Positions 51,609-61,134 of a DNA stretch of 63,111 nucleotides are shown here, in pieces. The notes under the pieces were generated by a model. That model did no database searches, had not been told where the DNA came from, and saw only the letters and a list, made by a program, of their open reading frames with translations. Each line of letters starts with the position of its first letter. Position 1 is the stretch's first letter. The DNA comes from Candidatus Wolfebacteria bacterium. Its GTDB lineage: Bacteria; Patescibacteriota; Minisyncoccia; UBA6257; UBA9933. The position numbers and the translations under genes are program-made. Where the stretch lies: contig JACRPK010000007.1 of assembly GCA_016214005.1 (NCBI GenBank), positions 1-63,111 of the forward strand, written 5' to 3'.

Positions 51609-52316
51609 ATGTATCAAATAAATTCCGGCCAGTTTTCCGGGCCGATTGAAAAACTTTTAAATTTAATTGAGGAAAAGAAATTGGAAATTACCGAGCTTAA
51701 TTTGGCGGCAATTACCGCTGATTTTATTGAATATTTAAAAAAAATAGAACAATCAAAAGCTCCGGAATTAAGATTTTTAGCGGAGTTTGTGGCGATTGCC
51801 GCGACTTTGATTTTGATAAAATCAAAGTCAATTTTACCGAGTATGGAATTAAGCGGCGAAGAAGAAAAAAATATCAAGGATTTGGAGGAACGTTTGAAAA
51901 TGTATGCGATTTTCAAACCGGCAATGGCGCTATTTAAAAATTTTTATGAGCGGAAGAACTTTTCCGTTTCCCGCCAATTATTTTTAAATTTTCAGCCGGT
52001 TTTTTATCCGGCCGCAAATGTTAGTCAAGAATCGTTGAAGGAACGGATGGAAAAAATTTTTTCGGATTTCAAGCAATTCGCGCTGGAAGAAGAAAAAATA
52101 GAAATGCCGCTTATCAAGCTTGAAGAAAAAGTTGCGGAAATTCTTAAAAGAATAGAATCCGGAGCTGGGAATTTTAATAATATTGTTTCAAATAAATCAA
52201 AAGCGGAAATTATTGTTTTATTTTTGGCTTTGCTTCATTTGCTTAAAGAGCAATTTATAAAAGTTGAACAAAATAACGGGTTTGATGATATAATAATTGA
52301 GAGTAATCGCGAATAA
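51609..52316 (+). CDS. scpA: Segregation and condensation protein A
   Basis: FSGPIEKLLNLIEEKKLEITELNLAAITADF is the typical ScpA N-terminus. Followed by scpB. Confidence 0.88.
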   Translation: MYQINSGQFSGPIEKLLNLIEEKKLEITELNLAAITADFIEYLKKIEQSKAPELRFLAEFVAIAATLILIKSKSILPSMELSGEEEKNIKDLEERLKMYAIFKPAMALFKNFYERKNFSVSRQLFLNFQPVFYPAANVSQESLKERMEKIFSDFKQFALEEEKIEMPLIKLEEKVAEILKRIESGAGNFNNIVSNKSKAEIIVLFLALLHLLKEQFIKVEQNNGFDDIIIESNRE

Positions 52317-52344
52317 TGCGAATTTAAAACAAAATAATGCAAAT

Positions 52345-52893
52345 ATGGAAAACCAAAAACAAAATTTAATAGCGGCGATTGAGGCGATTTTGTTCGCCTA
52401 TGGCGAGCCGATGGAAATAAAAAAAATCGCGAAAATTTTAAGCGCTTCGGAAGAAGAGGTTGAATTATCTTTAAAAGAATTTGAAGAAAAGTTAAAAGAT
52501 GAAAACAGAGGTTTAATGCTTATTTTAAGCGAAAACTCGGCGCAGCTTGCGACCAAACCGGAATTTTCCGAATTTTTGGAAAGTTTTATCAGGGAAGAAT
52601 TCAAAGAAAATTTGACGCCAGCCTCTTTAGAGACTTTGGCTTTAATAGCTTATCTTGGTCCGATTTCGCGGGCAAAAATAGATTATTTGCGCGGAGTTAA
52701 TTCAAGTTTTATTTTAAGAAATTTGATGATGAGAGGATTGATAGAGAGAATTTCCGGAAGTTACGAATATCAGGCAAGTTTTGATTTGTTAAAAAATCTT
52801 GGAATTTCAAAAATTAGCGAATTGCCGGATTTTGATAAATTTAAAGATTTTGCAAAAGAGCAGACAAAAGAACATTCTCAAACAAACGTATGA
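52345..52893 (+). CDS. scpB: Segregation and condensation protein B
   Basis: IEAILFAYGEP and the winged-helix repeats (LETLALIAYLGPISRAKIDYLRGVNS). Confidence 0.88.
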   Translation: MENQKQNLIAAIEAILFAYGEPMEIKKIAKILSASEEEVELSLKEFEEKLKDENRGLMLILSENSAQLATKPEFSEFLESFIREEFKENLTPASLETLALIAYLGPISRAKIDYLRGVNSSFILRNLMMRGLIERISGSYEYQASFDLLKNLGISKISELPDFDKFKDFAKEQTKEHSQTNV

Positions 52894-53807
52894 AGAAACA
52901 ATTTTTTTTATTGGCGCTGACAATCTCGGCGGTTTTATTTATAGCGAAAAATAATATAAATAAAAATGAAAATTTATCGGATTTTTCAAAGGCCAATGCT
53001 CAAGACCGGCAAAAAGACAGCGTTTCTGGAGTTATTTTGGCGCCGCTTTCTTTTTCGGCGTCAAACGGAGAAGATGAAAAAATTCAAAATTCTTGCGCGG
53101 TTTCAATAAATGCCAAAGCGGCTTTGGCAAAATATCTTGATCAAAGCCATAATACTTTTGTTTTAAATCCGAGAAATTTTTTGCCCATAGCTTCGATCTC
53201 AAAATTAATGACAGCGTTGGTTGCAGCGGATAATATTCCTCAAAATAAAGAAATTAGATTTAGCGAAAACGCTATCAATACAGAAGGAATTGCCGGAGAA
53301 TTCAGATCTGGCGAGCTTTTTCGGGCGAAAGATTTAACAAAGGCGATGCTGATTGTTTCTTCAAATGACGCCGCCGTTGCCTTGGCGGAGTTTTTGGGAG
53401 AGAAAAAATTTGTTGATTTGATAAATAAAAAAACGCAGGCGATAAATATGTTTGATACTCATTTCGCGGAACCGACCGGCCTTTCGGCGCTTAACCAGTC
53501 AACGGCGATTGATTTGTCAAAATTAGTTTCATATATTTATTATAATTATCCGGATATTTTGGAAATTACAACCCAGAAAGAAAGAAAAATTTTTGATTTG
53601 GAGAAAGGCAATTTTAAAAAGTTAATAAATATAAATATGTTTGCCGGAGAGCCAGATTTTATTGGGGGGAAAACAGGTCATCTTGATGATGATAACGGCA
53701 GAAATTTAGCGGCGCTTTTTAAAAGAAACGGCCGAATTGTTTTGACTATTGTTATCAGCGCGGAAAACGCATTTGAAGAAACTAAAAAATTATTGACATG
53801 TTTTTGA
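52890..53807 (+). CDS. Serine-type D-Ala-D-Ala carboxypeptidase (S11, PBP5-like)
   Basis: SISK (SxxK), SSND (SxN), KTGH (KTG). Signal/TM N-terminus. Confidence 0.85.
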   Translation: MKKQFFLLALTISAVLFIAKNNINKNENLSDFSKANAQDRQKDSVSGVILAPLSFSASNGEDEKIQNSCAVSINAKAALAKYLDQSHNTFVLNPRNFLPIASISKLMTALVAADNIPQNKEIRFSENAINTEGIAGEFRSGELFRAKDLTKAMLIVSSNDAAVALAEFLGEKKFVDLINKKTQAINMFDTHFAEPTGLSALNQSTAIDLSKLVSYIYYNYPDILEITTQKERKIFDLEKGNFKKLININMFAGEPDFIGGKTGHLDDDNGRNLAALFKRNGRIVLTIVISAENAFEETKKLLTCF

Positions 53808-53911
53808 TTAATAAAATCTTTTCCCGCCAGCCGAAGTTTACGCAATAAATAATTTATATTTCAAGAAATTTCGACTGGTAAAAAAAGATTTTATTGATTA
53901 AGATATAAATT

Positions 53912-54988
53912 ATGTTTTTAAATCATCCGTTTTTAATTGTAAAAATTTTGAGCTTGTTTATTTTTTCTTTTGCCGCCGCATTTTTGCTGGCTCCGTTTTT
54001 AATCCATTTTTTGTATAAATATAAATGCTGGAAAAAAAAGCCGCGCGATAAAACTTTTGGAGGAGAGCCAACGCCGATTTTTACAAAACTTCACGGCGAA
54101 AAAGAAGTTCACACGCCGAGAATGGGCGGAATTTTAATATGGGGAACGGTTTTAATCGTAACGCTTGGCGTTTATTTTATTTCTTTGATTTTTCCGGAAT
54201 CTATAATCGCAAAAATGAATTTTTTTTCCCGTTCGCAGACTTGGTTGCCGTTTTTCACTTTAATCGCGGCGTCAATTTTAGGATTGGTTGATGATTGGCT
54301 AGTCATCAATAACAAAGGAGGATATGTCGGGGGAGGCATCAGGTTTAAAACGCGGCTGCTTTTGATTTCTTTGATAGCCTTGGCCGGCGCGTGGTGGTTT
54401 TATTTTAAGCTCGGTTGGACAAGCATTTATATTCCTTTTTATGGAAACATTGAAATTGATGGACTTTATATTTTGCTTTTTATTATTGTGACGCTTGCGA
54501 CTTTTTCCGGCGGCATCGTTGACGGGCTTGACGGGCTTTCGGCCGGAGTTTTGGCGCCGATTTTTGCGGCATTTGGAGTAATATCTTACGCAAAAGGGCT
54601 TTATGATTTGGCGGCTTTGATAATCGTCATTATCGGCGCTTTGATAGCTTATTTGTGGTTTAATATCCATCCGGCGAAATTTTATATGGGAGAAACGGGC
54701 ATTATGGGGCTCACGGTTGTTTTGGCAGTCATCGCTTTACTTACCAATTCGGTTTTATTTTTACCGATAATCGCTTTTATTTTGGTTTTGGAGTCTGCTT
54801 CGGTAATTATTCAGCTTTTTTCAAAAAAATTTTTCAGCAGAAAAATATTTTTAGTGGCGCCGATTCACCATCATTTTGAAGCATTGGGCTGGCCGGAAAC
54901 AAAAGTGACAATGAGATTTTGGATAATTTCCGCGGTAATGAGCGGCTTGGGGCTCATATTATTTTTCTTAAGCAAATTTTTGTATTAA
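53912..54988 (+). CDS. mraY: Phospho-N-acetylmuramoyl-pentapeptide transferase
   Basis: Polytopic. HTPRMGG, VDGLDGL and APIHHHFE motifs. Confidence 0.95.
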   Translation: MFLNHPFLIVKILSLFIFSFAAAFLLAPFLIHFLYKYKCWKKKPRDKTFGGEPTPIFTKLHGEKEVHTPRMGGILIWGTVLIVTLGVYFISLIFPESIIAKMNFFSRSQTWLPFFTLIAASILGLVDDWLVINNKGGYVGGGIRFKTRLLLISLIALAGAWWFYFKLGWTSIYIPFYGNIEIDGLYILLFIIVTLATFSGGIVDGLDGLSAGVLAPIFAAFGVISYAKGLYDLAALIIVIIGALIAYLWFNIHPAKFYMGETGIMGLTVVLAVIALLTNSVLFLPIIAFILVLESASVIIQLFSKKFFSRKIFLVAPIHHHFEALGWPETKVTMRFWIISAVMSGLGLILFFLSKFLY

Positions 54989-55046
54989 TTTTTAACATTG
55001 AACAGAAAATATTTTCTGTTTGGATAAACTCTGTTATACTTTAGCA

Positions 55047-56162
55047 ATGTTCAAGGCAAAAAAAGGGCATAATCCTGATTATATTTTTGTGTCTTGCGTG
55101 GCTTTGCTCGCTATTTTCGGCTTTTTGGCGCTTTCAAGCGCTTCTTCCGATTTGGCAAAAATAAAATTTAATGACACGTATTTTTATTTGAAACATCAAT
55201 TTTTTTACGGATTAATTTTCGGCATTATCGGATTTTTTATTGCCAGTAATTTTTATTATCAAAATTTGAAAAAAATTGCGATTCCTTTTCTGCTCATTAA
55301 TATAATTTTATTGGTTTTAGTTTTTACTCCGCTTGGATTTGCCAATAAAGGCGCTGCCAGGTGGCTCCATATAGGATCTTTTTCATTTCAGCCGGCGGAA
55401 TTTTTAAAATTGTCTTTTATAATTTACATTGCCGCCTGGCTGGGCGGTAAAAAATTTGGCAGTCAAAAAGGCAGTTCTGATTTTACGGAAATTTTTTTTC
55501 CGTTTGTGGCGGTTTCCGGATTGATAGCCGCTTTAATTTTGGCTCAGCCGGCAACAACAATTTTTATGATTATTATGGTTTCGGTTTTGATAATTTATTT
55601 TGTAAGCGGCGCGAGAATAAGCCATTTTTTAGGATTTATTTTTTTGGGATTGGCGGTTTTAAGCTTGGTTGTTTACTCAAGCCCTTATCGTTATCAAAGA
55701 GTTGCGAGCTATTTTGACAAAAGCGCCGAGAGTAATGCTACAACGCGCTATCAATTAAACCAGTCGCTTACGGCAATCGGTAGCGGAGGTTTATTTGGGA
55801 TCGGTTTCGGAAAGTCAACAATTAAATATAAATATCTGCCGGAATCAATCGGAGATTCTATTTTTTCGGTAATTGCCGAAGAATTCGGTTTTTTGGGCGC
55901 GATTTTTTTAATATCGGTTTTTTTAGTTTTATTTTACAGGGGGCTGTTAATTGCCCAAAAATCCGGAGATGCTTTTGGCAGATTGCTGTCAATAGGATTT
56001 GTTTCAATAATTGCCATTCAGGTTTTTATTCACATTGCGGCTAATTCGGGATTGCTTCCTTTAACAGGGGTGCCATTGCCTTTTATTAGTTATGGCGGCA
56101 CGGCTTTAGCTGTTTTTTTGACCATGATGGGAATTGTTGTTAATATTTCAAAATACACATGA
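55047..56162 (+). CDS. ftsW: SEDS family peptidoglycan glycosyltransferase FtsW/RodA
   Basis: 10-TM SEDS pattern, LPESIGDSIFSVIAEEFGF and PLPFISYGG. Lies between mraY and murG. Confidence 0.9.
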   Translation: MFKAKKGHNPDYIFVSCVALLAIFGFLALSSASSDLAKIKFNDTYFYLKHQFFYGLIFGIIGFFIASNFYYQNLKKIAIPFLLINIILLVLVFTPLGFANKGAARWLHIGSFSFQPAEFLKLSFIIYIAAWLGGKKFGSQKGSSDFTEIFFPFVAVSGLIAALILAQPATTIFMIIMVSVLIIYFVSGARISHFLGFIFLGLAVLSLVVYSSPYRYQRVASYFDKSAESNATTRYQLNQSLTAIGSGGLFGIGFGKSTIKYKYLPESIGDSIFSVIAEEFGFLGAIFLISVFLVLFYRGLLIAQKSGDAFGRLLSIGFVSIIAIQVFIHIAANSGLLPLTGVPLPFISYGGTALAVFLTMMGIVVNISKYT

Positions 56163-57307
56163 TTAGAATTTTATTTACCGGCGGCGGCACAGGCGGCCAT
56201 ATTTATCCGATTTTGGCGGTTTTTGAAGAATTGAAAAAAATATTGGAAGCGCAAAAAATTGACGCTAGATTTTATTATGTCGGAGCGCCGGGGAAATTTA
56301 AACAATTAATTTTAAGCAGCGGGATTGCTGTTTCAAAAATATTTTCAGCAAAATTAAGAAGGTATTTTGATTTTAAAAATTTTATTGATTTTTTAATTTT
56401 TCCGATAAGCATATTGCAGGCTTTTTGGAAAGTTTTTTGGATTATGCCAGATGTTTTATTTTCAAAAGGGGGGCCCGGTTCTTTGCCGGTTGTTATTGCT
56501 TGCTGGTTTTATCGGATTCCTATTATTGTTCATGATTCAGATTCAATAATCGGTCTGGCTAATAAATTGGCGGTTAAATTTGCCGATAAAATCGCTGTTT
56601 CATTTTCTTCAGCAGCTGAAGACTTGTCTAAAAAAAATCAAAATAAAATAATTTTAACAGGGAATCCGATAAGAGGTTCGCTTAAAAGTAATTTGGAAAA
56701 AATGGCAGCCAAAAGTTTTTTCGGATTTAAAGAAGATAAACCCTTGATATTGATTTTGGGCGGATCTCAGGGGGCTTCAAAAATCAATGATTTTTTGCTT
56801 AATATTGCCGGAGAATTGGCAAAAGATTATTTAGTTTTGCAGCAAACAGGAGTTGATAATTTTGAAAGCGTAAGAGAAGAATTGGCCGTTGCCTTAAAAA
56901 ATTTCGGGCCAATTGAAAAAGCGCGCTATAAAGTTATTCCTTATTTTGAAAATAATTTGGCCGATGCCTATGCGGCGGCTGATATTATTGTTTCAAGATC
57001 AAGCAGCGGAGTGATTTTTGAATTAGCGATGATGGGCATACCGGCGATTTTGATACCTTTGAGCGAAAAAGTTGTTGGCATTCATCAGATAAAAAACGCT
57101 TATGAATACGCCAAAAGCGGGGCAGCGGTTGTTATTGAAGAAGAAAATTTAAAGCCGAATATTTTCTTAGGAGCTATTGAGAGGAGTTTAAAAAATCCGG
57201 ATATGTTAAAAGAAATGTCAGCGGCCGCCAAAAAATTTTCCAAGCCCGATGCAACTAAAATGATTGCCAATGAAATTTTTAATTTTATTAACATTGACAA
57301 AGATTAA
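56159..57307 (+). CDS. murG: UDP-GlcNAc:lipid I N-acetylglucosaminyltransferase MurG
   Basis: ILFTGGGTGGHIYP at the N-terminus and the GT28 C-terminal domain (GGSQGA). Confidence 0.93.
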   Translation: MIRILFTGGGTGGHIYPILAVFEELKKILEAQKIDARFYYVGAPGKFKQLILSSGIAVSKIFSAKLRRYFDFKNFIDFLIFPISILQAFWKVFWIMPDVLFSKGGPGSLPVVIACWFYRIPIIVHDSDSIIGLANKLAVKFADKIAVSFSSAAEDLSKKNQNKIILTGNPIRGSLKSNLEKMAAKSFFGFKEDKPLILILGGSQGASKINDFLLNIAGELAKDYLVLQQTGVDNFESVREELAVALKNFGPIEKARYKVIPYFENNLADAYAAADIIVSRSSSGVIFELAMMGIPAILIPLSEKVVGIHQIKNAYEYAKSGAAVVIEEENLKPNIFLGAIERSLKNPDMLKEMSAAAKKFSKPDATKMIANEIFNFINIDKD

Positions 57308-57359
57308 AAATATGCTTATCTTTTTATAAGTACTTTAAAAAGTAAATAATGGAGGAAAT

Positions 57360-57860
57360 GTGAAAAACTCTTTCGTCGTTGTTATTGTTGATATGCAGGA
57401 TGAATTTTTAATTCATATTTCGGATAAGGAAGAAAGAAATTTGATTCGCAATCAAATTGAAATTATCGAATATTGCGCTAAAAAAGATATTCCGATAATT
57501 ACGCTTGAATATCATGGATTTGGCGAAACAACAAACGCTTTAAAAAGAAAATTAAAAAAAGTTTCGCGCGTTAAAATAGTTGTTAAATTTAGCGATAATG
57601 GTTTTGTTGAAACGGAACTTGAAAATTATTTGCGTCAATGGAACGCAAAAACGATTTTACTAACGGGAATTTTTGCCAATCGCTGTGTTAGATCCACCGG
57701 ACAGGGGGCTTTGGGGAAGGGGTTTAAAATTGCCACAGCCAATTCGTTGCTCTGTGAATTAAGAGGTGATTTTAAAGATATGTGGTGGTTTAACAGGGTT
57801 GGTCTTTTTGGACCGGATATATCTTCAATTTTAAGTTTGTTGTGTGAAGGGGCTGTTTAA
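57360..57860 (+). CDS. Isochorismatase-family cysteine hydrolase
   Basis: VVIVDMQDEF (catalytic Asp region), K (VVKFSDNGF) and GIFANRCVRST (Cys). GTG start after GGAGGAAAT. Confidence 0.7.
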   Translation: MKNSFVVVIVDMQDEFLIHISDKEERNLIRNQIEIIEYCAKKDIPIITLEYHGFGETTNALKRKLKKVSRVKIVVKFSDNGFVETELENYLRQWNAKTILLTGIFANRCVRSTGQGALGKGFKIATANSLLCELRGDFKDMWWFNRVGLFGPDISSILSLLCEGAV

Positions 57861-57872
57861 GCCTCTTTTTTA

Positions 57873-59729
57873 TTAAAATTTGTAAATAAATATTGAAGTA
57901 CCGGCGAGGTAATCCGGCTGATAAATATTTTTTATGTTTTTAAGCCAAAGATATTCATCATCAGGGCTATTTTGCAAAGTGTTTATTGAAACAGCCAACC
58001 ACTCTATATTGTCGTCTTTCGGATTTCCCATTGATGATCGCCAGTGTTGAGCTTTGTCGCCCAGATAATATTTCGGATTTCCGCCACCAAAATAATCAAC
58101 AGAGATTTTTTCAATATCATTTTTTTCAACAAATTTTTTGAGCCGTTTTAAATCTTGTCCCCAGTCGTAATTTGAATCAACAACATATTTATATCCGTTC
58201 CAAACGCCACCGCCGAATTCATTAAAATATGACAAATAATACGGAGAATTTATTAAAGTTTCTAAAATATACCAAAGCAGAATTATTGTTAAGGCAGCGC
58301 TTTTTAAAATAGTTTTTGTAAAATTAAACGCAAAGGCAAAAATGGCGCTGAAAAAATTATTATAATTTGTTGTGAAACTTAAAAACCATTTTTTAATTCC
58401 CGAAGCTGTCAAGATATAAATAAGAGGTAGGGTAGGCAAAATGTGCCTGATACCGATATTAAGAGGGCTTTTCATGCTATAAATCCAATAAAAAATTATA
58501 AATGAAATCATTGAAAATTCGGCGAAATGCAGGCCGAGATAATCATTAAAAATTTTAAATTTTATCCGCCAGTTGGTGGATAAAATTTTTAATATATTTT
58601 TAATGCTGAATAAAAAAGCGAGCAGTATTAAAATTAAAGATGGAATAGGTTCTTTTAAAATAAAAACAATAGGGAAATAATACCACCAGCCACCCGAGGA
58701 AACTTCGCCAAGAAAATATCCAGTATTGCCGCCGCTTGATCGCTGGATAACCATTAAAACTCCGAGTAGATATTCTCCGATTGGCCTTAAAATTTTGTTT
58801 CCGGACATTTGAATATCGGTTTCCGCCAAAAATCTGTTCCCAAATGACGATAAAATAAATTCAGTGCCAGCTTTTTGTTTTTCAATCGGATAATTTATCG
58901 TAAAAATAAAATAAACAGCGTAGACAACCGCATAGCCGATGAGGAAAATTATAAATACACTTTTTATGTAGTGATATGCGCGGATGGAAAATCTTTTTAA
59001 TCTTTTTGACGGTTCGGCATCTGGCCAGTCATTTAAAGTTTTTCTGATATAAAAAATTGTAATTAAAAATATAAAGAAAGGGATTAGTAAAATAGCGGAA
59101 AATTTTAAAAGTTGAGCAATGCCAAAAGCTAATCCGGCAAAAATAAGATGTTTTTTTGATGGCTCTGATAAAAATTTTGTAAAAAAATATAAAGAGCTGA
59201 AGATTCCCAAGGTTGCGGCAATGTCGGTTGTCACATAATGTCCGTGCGCCAATACATTTGGTGAGAAAGCGAATAAAAAAGTCGGCAAAAACGCCCACCA
59301 AGCGCCGATAAGTTCGCTTGACCATATATAAATGAATATTATTAAAATGAGTGTTAAAATCATTGGTCCAAGGCGCGACCATTGAATTATTTTATCGGCA
59401 TTATTTTCGGATTCATATAAAAATTGGCTGCCAACAGCCCATTGGCCATTAACATCATTTTGCCAATTTTGGCTTTCAATCGGGAAATTAATTTTTTGAA
59501 ATAATAAAGGAATGGCCGAGATAGCTTTTAAAAGAGGCGGATGTTCGGGGTTAAGGCGATAATCAAGATATTTTACATAACTATAACCGGCTGGAATATG
59601 CGCTAATTCGTCCATTGTGGCGGATTCTTGAAGCGAAGCGTTTAACATTAAAGAAAAAGAAATTAAAATTATTATTGCAAGCAGAGAAAAACGGAAATTT
59701 TTTGAAATTTTTAAAAATTGGTTCATCAT
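57873..59729 (-). CDS. GT39/PMT-like polytopic glycosyltransferase (second paralogue)
   Basis: 618 aa and multi-TM. The first loop contains MDELAHIPAGY (DE motif). Confidence 0.7.
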   Translation of the reverse strand: MMNQFLKISKNFRFSLLAIIILISFSLMLNASLQESATMDELAHIPAGYSYVKYLDYRLNPEHPPLLKAISAIPLLFQKINFPIESQNWQNDVNGQWAVGSQFLYESENNADKIIQWSRLGPMILTLILIIFIYIWSSELIGAWWAFLPTFLFAFSPNVLAHGHYVTTDIAATLGIFSSLYFFTKFLSEPSKKHLIFAGLAFGIAQLLKFSAILLIPFFIFLITIFYIRKTLNDWPDAEPSKRLKRFSIRAYHYIKSVFIIFLIGYAVVYAVYFIFTINYPIEKQKAGTEFILSSFGNRFLAETDIQMSGNKILRPIGEYLLGVLMVIQRSSGGNTGYFLGEVSSGGWWYYFPIVFILKEPIPSLILILLAFLFSIKNILKILSTNWRIKFKIFNDYLGLHFAEFSMISFIIFYWIYSMKSPLNIGIRHILPTLPLIYILTASGIKKWFLSFTTNYNNFFSAIFAFAFNFTKTILKSAALTIILLWYILETLINSPYYLSYFNEFGGGVWNGYKYVVDSNYDWGQDLKRLKKFVEKNDIEKISVDYFGGGNPKYYLGDKAQHWRSSMGNPKDDNIEWLAVSINTLQNSPDDEYLWLKNIKNIYQPDYLAGTSIFIYKF

Positions 59730-59752
59730 TATTATTGTATTATAATATTATA

Positions 59753-60073
59753 ATGCCAATTTTAAAAAAGCCAAAAACTTTATTTTGGACAAATCACGCC
59801 AATGGGAAAATGAATTTTTATAAATTATCTCCGCAAAGAGTTTTAAGGGTTTTAAATTCGCCAAAAAGAATTGAAGAGGGAATCGCTCCCAATACTATCG
59901 CTATGTGCCAACTTGCCGGCAGCGTAAAACATCCTTATGAAATATGGGTGATGATTGCTGAAACAAAAATTAGACGTAAAATAATTTCCGCCTGGAAATA
60001 TCCAGGGATAACAAAAGCAGGCGAGCCTTTGCCAAAAGAGATTTTGAACGAATTGAGCAAATTTTTAAAATAG
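59753..60073 (+). CDS. Hypothetical protein (106 aa), weakly DUF4258-like
   Basis: The ATG at 59753 follows TATAAT-like boxes. TNHANGKMNFYKLSPQRV resembles the HAxxRMxxRxI motif. The assignment is tentative. Confidence 0.4.
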   Translation: MPILKKPKTLFWTNHANGKMNFYKLSPQRVLRVLNSPKRIEEGIAPNTIAMCQLAGSVKHPYEIWVMIAETKIRRKIISAWKYPGITKAGEPLPKEILNELSKFLK

Positions 60074-60087
60074 TTTATAATATAATT

Positions 60088-61134
60088 ATGTTTTTAAAAT
60101 TTAATTGGTTAAAAATAATATTTTGTTTGGCATTGGCGATTATTATTTCAGGGATGATTGGTTTCGGTTATTATTTTCAAAAAAAATATTTTGACGAAAT
60201 GAAAGATGAATTATTAAATAATTTTTTCGCGCCGTCTTTGGAATTGGAAGCTCAAATAATTGCCAATAAATTGGAAGCCCGGATAAACAATATTATTGCT
60301 ATTTTAAAGACCGCTGCCAAATATCAGAATTTGCAGGATATTTCTTCTGTTTGCCGGCCTGACCAATCAACTACCATTGATGGACTTGCGGTTGCCTTAA
60401 AAGATGAGGTGGATATTACGGTTTTAATTGATAAAAAAGGAATTGTTATTTGCGCCAGCTTAGAGGCAATGAAAGGAAAAAATATTTCCAGTTATCCGCA
60501 TATTCAAGAGGCGTTGGCTTCTCATAAAGCGGTAATTGGCAGGGCGGTTGTAAATCCATTGGGGATTAAATTGATTCCGATTGTTGTCCCGATATTTTCC
60601 GCCAATGGAGAATTTGCGGGTCTCGTCGGCGGAGCTATTATGATTGAAAATCTTGAAAAAGAATTTGCTCCCAACAATTCACTTACTCCTTCGGCTTACA
60701 GTGTTTTAATGGACGACGATGGAACCACACTTTATCACCATAATCAGAATTATATAATGAAAAATGTTTTTGGCGAAGAAATACAGCAAGTTATCGGGAG
60801 AGATCAAAATATAAATAATTTATGGAAAAGGGCTTTGCAAGGAGAAAGCGGTTATGAATTTTATACTTTTAAGGGCGATGATAAGGTTGCGGGTTTTGCT
60901 CCGGCAAAAATAATTGATGGGCAGCGATTTTTAACGATTATTTCGACTGCTAAAACCAAAGAATATTGGCTTGCGGCTGATCAAGTTTTAATGAAAATCC
61001 AGCTGTTAAATTTAGTTGTAATGTTTGGCGGCATTTTATTGGCATGTTTAGTATCATATCAGTTGCAATGCTTACGAGAGAGAGAGAGAGTAAAGATGAG
61101 CGCAAAATTCACCTCCGCACCAAATGAACATTAA
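60088..61134 (+). CDS. Membrane protein with an extracytoplasmic Cache-like sensor domain between two TM helices (no output domain)
   Basis: TM1 IIFCLALAIIISGMIGFGYYF, a ~270-aa loop, and TM2 LLNLVVMFGGILLACLVSY. The C-terminus includes a (GA)7-encoded RERER. Confidence 0.6.
   Translation: MFLKFNWLKIIFCLALAIIISGMIGFGYYFQKKYFDEMKDELLNNFFAPSLELEAQIIANKLEARINNIIAILKTAAKYQNLQDISSVCRPDQSTTIDGLAVALKDEVDITVLIDKKGIVICASLEAMKGKNISSYPHIQEALASHKAVIGRAVVNPLGIKLIPIVVPIFSANGEFAGLVGGAIMIENLEKEFAPNNSLTPSAYSVLMDDDGTTLYHHNQNYIMKNVFGEEIQQVIGRDQNINNLWKRALQGESGYEFYTFKGDDKVAGFAPAKIIDGQRFLTIISTAKTKEYWLAADQVLMKIQLLNLVVMFGGILLACLVSYQLQCLRERERVKMSAKFTSAPNEH

Noticed and set aside
61076-61134. A (GA)7 slippage that would fuse the Cache-only ORF to the downstream histidine kinase
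   Set aside because: The kinase reading frame contains a TAA at 61091-61093, immediately after the tract (and TGA at 61097). Adding or removing GA units therefore cannot create a fusion.
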